Shown: piece by piece, positions 17,405 to 23,965 of the stretch
Layout: each line of letters opens with the position of its first letter
Numbering within the stretch: the stretch's first letter is position 1
Source: Caldivirga maquilingensis IC-167
Lineage (GTDB): Archaea > Thermoproteota > Thermoprotei > Thermoproteales > Thermocladiaceae
NCBI RefSeq assembly: GCF_000018305.1
Contig: NC_009954.1
Coordinates: 630,001-662,000 of the forward strand
Length of the DNA stretch: 32,000 bases
Reading direction: 5' to 3'
Notes under the pieces: model-generated
Databases searched by the model: none
What the model was told of the DNA's origin: nothing
The model's input: the letters and a program-made list of their open reading frames with translations, nothing else
Made by a program: the position numbers and the translations under genes

Positions 17405-18454
17405 ATGGCTGAAGAGAAGATACTGGTGCTTTGTGTAGATAGGGATAATGATGTTGGGGAGAGGCTTGGTGTTAAGACTCCAGTTATTGGTAGGGATGAG
17501 GTTCTTAAGGTTGGGGTGGATTTCATAGTTAGATACCCTGATGATTCTGATGCAAACGCCATATTTGGGGCTATTAGGGTTTACGATAGTTTAAGGCCAA
17601 TATACGGTAATAACATTGAGGTTGCCTTAGTAACTGGTAGTAGTGATAGTGATGTTGAGGCTGACTTGAAGGTTATGGCTGAGTTAGATAAGGTTTTAAG
17701 CGTCTTTAATGCTGACGGCATAATACTTGTCTCAGACGGCCCCTCCGATGAAGTGGTGCTTCCCCTAATACAATCAAGGAGAACAGTGATATCTGTTAAG
17801 AGGATTGTTGTTAAACAGACTAGGAGTGTTGAGGATTTCGCTGTGTTAACTAGGTATTACCTTAGGAAGGCTTTTCTTGAACCAGGGTGGAGGCAATACA
17901 CGTTGGGTTTACCTGGACTGGTGGTTATGCTTTACGGGATATGGCTTCTGATTCCTCAATCAATTAAGCCCATGATAGCTTCATCCTTATCACTATTAAT
18001 TGGCGTAGTGTTACTCTTCATAGCCTTTAACGCATATAGGCCACTCATATTATTCATAAGGCGTTATGAAGTCACATTCTTCACAATACTGGTAACCATA
18101 GTTATACTAGCCATGTACATAAACATATACTCACCCATACTGAGGACTAACCCCTACATGATCTTAATAGGGAAGCCATTAACCCTACCTGAAATTATAG
18201 GAATAATATATGGTGCATTAGTGGCAGTATTAGTTATAGAGACTTACTCAAAAAGCCACAGAATACCCTATGGATACATAGCGTCAATTTCATTAATATC
18301 ACCCTTAACCGGATTATCCTCAATAATAGTACCCGGCTTCAACATAGCATCATTCATACTATTCCTCATAATATACGTATTAATCAACATACTGGTGCTA
18401 GCTGTAATATTCGTGATTAGGAGGCATATGAGGAGGATTAGTATTGAACGGTGA
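17405..18454 (+). CDS. Archaeal integral membrane protein with N-terminal soluble domain (DUF373-like by recollection)
   Basis: The N-terminal roughly 150 aa are soluble, with acidic motifs (LVLCVDRDNDVGE, ILVSDGPSDE). They are followed by about 6 hydrophobic helices. 349 aa. Confidence 0.6.
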   Translation: MAEEKILVLCVDRDNDVGERLGVKTPVIGRDEVLKVGVDFIVRYPDDSDANAIFGAIRVYDSLRPIYGNNIEVALVTGSSDSDVEADLKVMAELDKVLSVFNADGIILVSDGPSDEVVLPLIQSRRTVISVKRIVVKQTRSVEDFAVLTRYYLRKAFLEPGWRQYTLGLPGLVVMLYGIWLLIPQSIKPMIASSLSLLIGVVLLFIAFNAYRPLILFIRRYEVTFFTILVTIVILAMYINIYSPILRTNPYMILIGKPLTLPEIIGIIYGALVAVLVIETYSKSHRIPYGYIASISLISPLTGLSSIIVPGFNIASFILFLIIYVLINILVLAVIFVIRRHMRRISIER

Positions 18455-18455
18455 A

Positions 18456-19187
18456 ATGGAGGCACTCATTAAATTAAAGAGGCTAATGGGCACTGAGTTA
18501 GCGTGCCTAGAATTAAGAATACTGATTAAGTTAAGTGGATTAAATTCAGGTAATGTTGAATGTGGGGATGGTTGGGCTAAGGTAAACACCAGCAGTGGGC
18601 TTGAGCAATTGTTAGGAGTCATTAATAGAGCAGCCTTAGTTAAGGAAATGGTGGTTAACGGAGTTAAGTATAAGCCCACCTTAATTAAGACAATACTGGG
18701 TAGTGTTAGGAAGGATTCACCTCACTTGAATCCACTTCACGCATTACTCATGATTAACCTAACCGGTGTCATCGACGGCCCATTAATAGACCCGTTCGCT
18801 GGGGTAGGTACAATACCTAGGATAGCTGAGGAATTAGGAATACGTGCAATTGGGTGTGATGTTAAGAGTATGAGTGATCTAGTCTGCAACGCATTAATGA
18901 TGCCTATTAGGCCTGGTTCAATTAAGGCAGTGGTAACAGATCCACCATTCAATAGGGTGTTTAGGACAGAGTCAAGGCTCAGTAACCTCTACATTAGGTT
19001 CCTTGAATCAGTCATTGAATTACTGGCTAAGGGTGGTAGTATTGTAATGACGCTTCCCTCATACTTACTGGACGTAGTTATTGATGAAGCCACTTCATTG
19101 AACTTAAACGCATACTGCATAGGTGTTGATCATGTTCATGGGGCATTATCAAGGTTCATCCTATGTTTAAGCAAGGATAATGGTTAA
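18456..19187 (+). CDS. SAM-dependent RNA (guanine-N2 / Trm11-TrmG10-like, UPF0020) methyltransferase
   Basis: Motif I is LIDPFAGVGTIPRIAEE and motif IV is VVTDPPF. The track begins the ORF at a TTG (18444) that overlaps the upstream gene. An in-frame ATG at 18456 lies 1 nt after the upstream stop, so I prefer it. Confidence 0.7.
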   Translation: MEALIKLKRLMGTELACLELRILIKLSGLNSGNVECGDGWAKVNTSSGLEQLLGVINRAALVKEMVVNGVKYKPTLIKTILGSVRKDSPHLNPLHALLMINLTGVIDGPLIDPFAGVGTIPRIAEELGIRAIGCDVKSMSDLVCNALMMPIRPGSIKAVVTDPPFNRVFRTESRLSNLYIRFLESVIELLAKGGSIVMTLPSYLLDVVIDEATSLNLNAYCIGVDHVHGALSRFILCLSKDNG

Positions 19188-19793
19188 AGATTAATGAATC
19201 AGTAAAAGAATAAATTCAATCCTTTGCTTTATGTACTAAAGCCATCATTAGTGGTGGTTAAGTTTAATTTAGGTAATTCCCTTGTTTCCATGTTTAAGTG
19301 AACTATAAACCATTAACTTGCACCAAAGGGCTAATGCAAGAAGTTCCTCAACATAGCTCAACTCTTTAAGGCAAGGGGAGGTTATATTCGGGTTCGAGTT
19401 CAGTTACAGCTTATTAGTGTTACTCATAGTTTTTATTCCTCATTGAGGAATACTTGAGGGTAAATTAAGCAACCTCACATACTTATTTTAATTTCGTTTT
19501 ACTTCATGCTCCTCAGGGATCCATCAGCCTTTAGTAAATAAACACTCCCTCATTGGGTCTAATAAAATTATTAGTATAGGGGTTGTAGAGTAAGCCGTTT
19601 TAAACAATGAGCCGAAACAGGAGAAAGGTGGTAAACATGCTGAAAAACGCAATAATTTTAAACTACTTGAGGTTTTAGGCAATGGTGGAGTTGATGATGA
19701 AGCTGAGCTAAAACGATGAGTGAGTGTTTATGAGCCTACTGATAAACTTGAAGATTATCTTTCAATTAATACATGATCCCTCTGGGAGAAAAC

Positions 19794-19801
19794 CTTAAAA
19801 T
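19794..19801 (+). promoter_or_regulatory. tRNA promoter TATA box (CTTAAAAT) with purine-rich BRE-like GAGAAAA just upstream
   Basis: The box centre is about 26 nt upstream of the tRNA 5' end at 19824. Confidence 0.5.
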
Positions 19802-19823
19802 CACTTACCTAAAAAACCATGAA

Positions 19824-19935
19824 GCCCCGGTAGCTCAGCCTGGTTGGAGCGCCCAGGGGTCGCTTACCCCGCGTAAGCCTTGTAAGGATCCAGGCGAGCG
19901 GGAGGTCCCGGGTTCGAATCCCGGCCGGGGCTCCA
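19824..19935 (+). tRNA. tRNA-Thr(UGU) with two introns (22 nt at position 29/30, 12 nt at canonical 37/38); CCA encoded
   Basis: Acceptor stem GCCCCGG/CCGGGGC, D arm GCTC-AGCCTGGTTG-GAGC, T arm CCGGG-TTCGAAT-CCCGG, discriminator U plus CCA. There are 52 nt where 18 are expected. Removing 19855-19876 and 19885-19896 gives anticodon stem CCCGC/GCGGG and loop CUUGUAA. Both introns fold into BHB/BHL motifs with the cleavage sites predicted independently (see findings). Confidence 0.8.
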
Positions 19936-20017
19936 TTGAACTCTATTGCCATATTATTTAATTGCTAAGTGTGCATTAGGTTAGGAAGATTTTTAACCAA
20001 TTGCCTTTTAATTTACT

Positions 20018-20635
20018 GTGGAGTCTATTGTTGGCTCTATTGTTGATAAGGCCTTGGAGACCGTACTTAAGAAAATTGAGGACGGTAAGAAACTGAGTAT
20101 TGAGGATTTAGTTGTCTTAATGATTGGGATGTTTCGTGAAACCAATAGGAGGATTGATGAAACGAATAAGAGGCTAGACGCCATGGCTGATGCATTAAAT
20201 AAGCGCATTGACTCACTTGACGTTAAAATAGATGCTAAAATTAACGATGTTTATAGGAGGATTGATGAGACTAATAAGAGGATTGACGAGATACTAAAGC
20301 TAATGGGGAATATGGAGGAACGTATCAATAAGCGTATGGATTTATTAAATACTAATATAGATGCTATTGATAAGTCATTAAATGCTAAGATTGATAGCGT
20401 TGATAAGTCGTTAAATGCTAAGATTGATGATGTCGGTAGGGCATTAAGCGTAAGAATTGATGCCATTAGTGGGAGGATTGATGATATCAGTAGGAGGATA
20501 GGGGATACTAATAGGAGGATTGATGAAGTTTTAAAGTTAATAGGAGGCATGGAGGAGCGCATTAATAAGCGTATAGATGAAACAAATAGGAGGATAGATG
20601 CATTAGTAGAAGCAGTAGCGAAAAGTAGCCATTAG
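20018..20635 (+). CDS. Repeat-built coiled-coil protein (xxNxRID heptad/hendecad repeats), function unknown
   Basis: GTG start, with a TATA box (19989-19996) about 26 nt upstream. Hydrophobic I/L-D positions recur at spacings of 7 and 4 (i.e. 7/11) from residue 46 to 193. There is no recognisable enzymatic motif. Confidence 0.7.
   Translation: MESIVGSIVDKALETVLKKIEDGKKLSIEDLVVLMIGMFRETNRRIDETNKRLDAMADALNKRIDSLDVKIDAKINDVYRRIDETNKRIDEILKLMGNMEERINKRMDLLNTNIDAIDKSLNAKIDSVDKSLNAKIDDVGRALSVRIDAISGRIDDISRRIGDTNRRIDEVLKLIGGMEERINKRIDETNRRIDALVEAVAKSSH
20255..20578 (+). repeat. Intragenic duplications: 87-bp segment 20255-20341 repeated at 20492-20578; 33-bp tandem pair 20369-20401 / 20402-20434
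   Basis: The 33-bp units match at 28 of 33 nt ([11 protein letters not shown] / [11 protein letters not shown]). The 87-bp copies encode [29 protein letters not shown] and [29 protein letters not shown] (22 of 29 aa identical). Confidence 0.85.
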
Positions 20636-20806
20636 GATGAAGAATAATCATGATCTTAAGGATATTCCGAAAAGGCCGGTAATTAATGATAAGGTATTAC
20701 TACTTAGATTCCTAGGTTGCATAGCTAGGTGAGGTGTAACCCTTAATGCGCTGATTCCCGGTTACTATATTGAATACCGAGAAGTGAGTTAGGTGAGAAT
20801 AGGGTA

Positions 20807-21208
20807 TTAATTAGAATCCTTTGTGGACTTTATTAAATTACTTATGTACTCAGCATACTTGCCTGTTACATATGTTATTAAACCCATGTTAGCATTATTA
20901 TTAGCAACCACCATGAGTAGTAAGTCACCGTAAATATACTCAATGTAAAGTACGTAGCCACTGTAGCTTACTATTGCGTATTCAACATCACCTAACTTAG
21001 TCTCACCGCTGATCTTCCGCATGTGATTAATGGTTAAGGCGCATAATGCTGATAATGAATTAATATCCAGGTTAATTACAGTCTTATATGCTATTGGTAA
21101 ACCATTAATATCCGATACCACTACACTTACCACATCTCCCTCCATATCCCTCAAGTAAGACTCAAGTAAGTCATTAAGCCCATTAACTAGTCCCTTCCCC
21201 TGCTTCAC
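20807..21208 (-). CDS. Roadblock/LC7 (MglB-like) domain protein
   Basis: 133 aa. LESYLRDMEGDVVSVVVSDINGLPIAYKT fits the Roadblock/LC7 N-terminal pattern (V-x-G-V-x-x-x-x-x-x-x-x-d-G-l-p-i-a). Confidence 0.65.
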   Translation of the reverse strand: MKQGKGLVNGLNDLLESYLRDMEGDVVSVVVSDINGLPIAYKTVINLDINSLSALCALTINHMRKISGETKLGDVEYAIVSYSGYVLYIEYIYGDLLLMVVANNNANMGLITYVTGKYAEYISNLIKSTKDSN

Positions 21209-21637
21209 TAAGGTACTACTGATACTGACTTTAATTACTTTTAGATAAATTTAACTTAAAGCATCATTTAAGACCTCGTCTAAATAACTGGCGCTAATTC
21301 CTGAATTCGCTATGTCTTATCTTAGTGCTTATTAGCATGCATGTCTTAGCGTTTAGTCATCTAAAGGGTGGGCTTTAAAGTAAGTGGTAATGCCGATAAT
21401 TGATCCATAGTTTTGCTGCTTGGTGGTTACAATTAAGCTGACTGAGGTAGGTTGGATCAATGGGTTTAAGTCTAGTTACTTCTTATCGACACCTACCTAT
21501 GCCTCTATTCTTGATTTCTAGTCCCCATGTTAATAATTCATTTACCGCTGAAAGAGTGTTTAGGTAATTTAAAAATGATGCAGCATAAATAAGTATTCAT
21601 AAGCGTTCACAAGCATCGATGAATAATCATAATTGGC

Positions 21638-22216
21638 TTATATCATGCGTATGTGCGCCATTAATGCCACTATGAGGAATATTAAAGCTAGTGATGAACT
21701 TACACCTAGTATTAACTTATTGTTAATTACCAGAGATACTACCGCTGTAATTGAGGATACTCCTAGTATTATCCAGGAAAGCATCTCGATGCTTCTAATT
21801 CTTAAAGTACGCCTAACAGTTTTCCTCACCTGCCTAGTAACTAGAGGTTGCTGACTCCTACTCCTATCATCCTCCTCACTGATAAAGAAGGGTGGTTTAG
21901 TCTCCTGTACTGCATTTGGGAATATTACCTTTAAAACCTCAACTACGTCGCCTCTAAGTCCCTGGAATTCACCCCTCTTAATCATTAATGGATTCACGTT
22001 AAGGTTCCTTAAAATATCCTCAACAGCATTAATCACCTCCTCCTCACTGCAGCCTTGGTTAAGGAGATTGTAGACTATTGAGGATACTCTCCTAACTAGA
22101 CTTAAGTCACTTATAACATCTCTGAACTTAGTGTACCATAGTCTAAAGTCCTCAGCCTCAAGCCTAATACTCACTGGATCACACCCACCCCTCTTATTGT
22201 TGGCCACAAGCATCAA
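21638..22216 (-). CDS. Hypothetical protein, soluble N-terminal domain plus C-terminal membrane anchor (two hydrophobic helices)
   Basis: 192 aa. It starts 15 nt downstream of the glycosyltransferase stop on the same strand. The C-terminus IEMLSWIILGVSSITAVVSLVINNKLILGVSSSLALIFLIVALMAHI is hydrophobic. No family recognised. Confidence 0.5.
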   Translation of the reverse strand: MMLVANNKRGGCDPVSIRLEAEDFRLWYTKFRDVISDLSLVRRVSSIVYNLLNQGCSEEEVINAVEDILRNLNVNPLMIKRGEFQGLRGDVVEVLKVIFPNAVQETKPPFFISEEDDRSRSQQPLVTRQVRKTVRRTLRIRSIEMLSWIILGVSSITAVVSLVINNKLILGVSSSLALIFLIVALMAHIRMI

Positions 22217-22230
22217 TAATGTTGATGTTT

Positions 22231-23361
22231 TTAAAGGTTATTATCAGTGCCCGTGCGCCGGTATTTGAAGACGTAGACCTCGGCCATAATGTAGTTGGCT
22301 ATGAAACCGAATATAACACCTATTACGTATGCTACGTAACCATTTACGCCTAGGCCGTAGTGAAGCAGGTTCGTTACAGCATACGTCACCGCTGTTCCGG
22401 TTAAACTAGCCACATGATACTTACCTAACCCCACCCAGTAACCCACTGACCTGTCTTTAAACGTCCACACCTTATTTAGGGTGAAGTTATTAGCAATACC
22501 CGCCTCAATAGCTGGTATGAGGGATATGAAGTACGCTAACCCAAGTATCCTCCAGAATACGTGAAGCACCAGTTCTGAGACAACTAGGCCTATTGCGCCG
22601 ACAATGGCGAATTTAATGGGCCTATAACCACTTAGGGAAAGCAGACTCAGTGATATTGAGGCAATCTGCTTAACGTAGTTTATTATTTGCCTAGTACCTA
22701 GCTTAGATGAGCCAGCCTCCCTGGTTCTAAAAACGTAGGGAACCTCCACTATCCTCCTAACCCTACAGAGGGCGAGTATGTCGAGGAGGATCTTGTAGTC
22801 ACCATGGGGCTTATCTATGCATACGGCACTCCTCTTCACTGCGAAGAAGCCTGAGACAGGGTCCTTAACATCCCTGGCTGTGGGCACTAGTATGTGGGCT
22901 AGGGTAACTGCCCCACGGCTTATTATCCTCCTAAGGAGGGGCCAATCACCTGCTATGCCGCCACCATTAATGTACCTAGAAGCGACGGCTAAATCAGCGC
23001 CGTTTGAAACGGCCTCAATAAGCTTAGGCACTACTGATGGTGGGTGTTGTAAATCAGCATCCATTACAACAATAATACCCCCTCTACTGGCCTTTACACC
23101 ATCAATCACTGCGCTTGATAATCCAAGTCTCCTACCCCTCTCAATAACCTTAAGATTAACCCCAAGCTTCTTAGCAGTCTCCTCAGCAACCTTAACGGTT
23201 CCATCAGTTGATCCATCATCAACAATTACCACCTCATAGTTAATGCCCTTAAGGTTACTGGCTAATTCCTCAATAAGCCTACCTACGTTACCAGCTTCAT
23301 TAAGTGTTGGTACTATTATTGATGCATCAGGTGCATCACTCATCCTTAACTCCATTAGCAA
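22231..23361 (-). CDS. GT2 polyprenyl/dolichyl-phosphate glycosyltransferase (Dpm1-like) fused to a GtrA-like 4-TM C-terminal domain
   Basis: Contains IIVPTLNEAGN, VVIVDDGSTDGT and VMDADLQHPP (GT2 DxD). The C-terminal 130 aa form four hydrophobic helices, the same layout as archaeal DPM synthases with a membrane domain. Confidence 0.85.
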   Translation of the reverse strand: MLMELRMSDAPDASIIVPTLNEAGNVGRLIEELASNLKGINYEVVIVDDGSTDGTVKVAEETAKKLGVNLKVIERGRRLGLSSAVIDGVKASRGGIIVVMDADLQHPPSVVPKLIEAVSNGADLAVASRYINGGGIAGDWPLLRRIISRGAVTLAHILVPTARDVKDPVSGFFAVKRSAVCIDKPHGDYKILLDILALCRVRRIVEVPYVFRTREAGSSKLGTRQIINYVKQIASISLSLLSLSGYRPIKFAIVGAIGLVVSELVLHVFWRILGLAYFISLIPAIEAGIANNFTLNKVWTFKDRSVGYWVGLGKYHVASLTGTAVTYAVTNLLHYGLGVNGYVAYVIGVIFGFIANYIMAEVYVFKYRRTGTDNNL

Positions 23362-23449
23362 TAGGCAAGGGTACTTTAATAGTTTTTCCTCAAACCAATA
23401 CTCATAAATAGTTTAAGATAAACTATATTGGTTTCCGAATAAGTAAGAG

Positions 23450-23457
23450 TTAAAAAG
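23450..23457 (+). promoter_or_regulatory. SRP RNA promoter TATA box (TTAAAAAG)
   Basis: The centre is about 25 nt upstream of the GGGCC 5' end of the RNA. Confidence 0.45.
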
Positions 23458-23475
23458 CCCACTTCCCATTACAAC

Positions 23476-23791
23476 TGGGCCGGGCCTGGAGGGGCGCCAC
23501 CCCTCCCCCTCTTAAAGGGGGCCGTAGGTGAACGGGGGCCGAAACTCCACCCCGCTACTGATTAGCCCAGTGTCGGGCCATGGGCACCGCTATGAAGGCC
23601 AGCCCCCTGAGACGCCCATCACCCACGCCTACAGCCGTAGGGCTGTGGGTAGTGGGGTTCCGGTGAACCGGGTTAGGCCCGGGAGGGAGCGGCCCTAAGC
23701 CGGGGTGGGCGTGTTCAGGGGTCCACTGGCCTGAGCATGGGCCTATGGCTACGGCTGAGACTAGTCGGTGGTGGGGTGGGGGTTGGGCCCA
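23476..23791 (+). ncRNA. Signal recognition particle RNA (archaeal 7S SRP RNA)
   Basis: A block of about 316 nt that is strikingly G/C-rich in an AT-rich genome and has no ORF. 23662-23693 (GGUGAACCGGGUUAGGCCCGGGAGGGAGCGGCC) matches the universal helix-8 motif (E. coli 4.5S: GGUCAGGUCCGGAAGGAAGCAGCC). The 5' UGGGCC pairs with the 3' GGCCCA. CCGCUACUGAUUAGCC near the 5' end pairs with GGCUGAGACUAGUCGGUGG near the 3' end (helix 5). End coordinates are accurate to a few nt. Confidence 0.88.
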
Positions 23792-23965
23792 TGTTAATCT
23801 TGATACCCCTGATTAGGTTCCTGTAAGGATGAAAGGTAATTATCATGGTGCCAACCCCTTTAAACAGAGTTCCCTTTAATGATGAGGTAAGGTTTACGGT
23901 TTTAATTGAGATTAAGGTACTGAACCATAGGTTTTTAAAGCGTGGTGCACCTTAACGCTGGTCTA

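Noticed and set aside
17224-17562. 112-aa minus-strand ORF spanning the divergent promoter between the TIGR00725-like and DUF373-like genes.
   Set aside because: It overlaps both real gene starts and the promoter region, and its peptide is low-complexity S/T-rich.
19385-19405. TCGGGTTCGAGTTC resembles the tRNA T-arm (CCGGGTTCGAATCC), so it could be an att-site remnant or a tRNA fragment.
   Set aside because: Only about 8 contiguous nt match. There is no complementary stem, and it lies upstream rather than at a plausible element boundary. There is no integrase.
19607-19678. 23-codon ORF (MSRNRRKVVNMLKNAIILNYLRF) in the spacer upstream of the tRNA.
   Set aside because: No promoter signal at the right distance. 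It is too short and featureless to support as a gene.
19879-19897. Alternative anticodon readings for the tRNA: GGC or UGC (Ala), from excising a different 12-nt piece.
   Set aside because: The acceptor stem has C3:G70 rather than the universal Ala G3:U70. Only the 37/38 excision is supported by a helix plus a 3-nt bulge with correct cleavage geometry. G1:C72, C2:G71 and U73 fit Thr.
19773-19961. 62-aa ORF overlapping the tRNA.
   Set aside because: The region folds as a complete tRNA with introns. The ORF is an artefact of the G/C-rich RNA gene.
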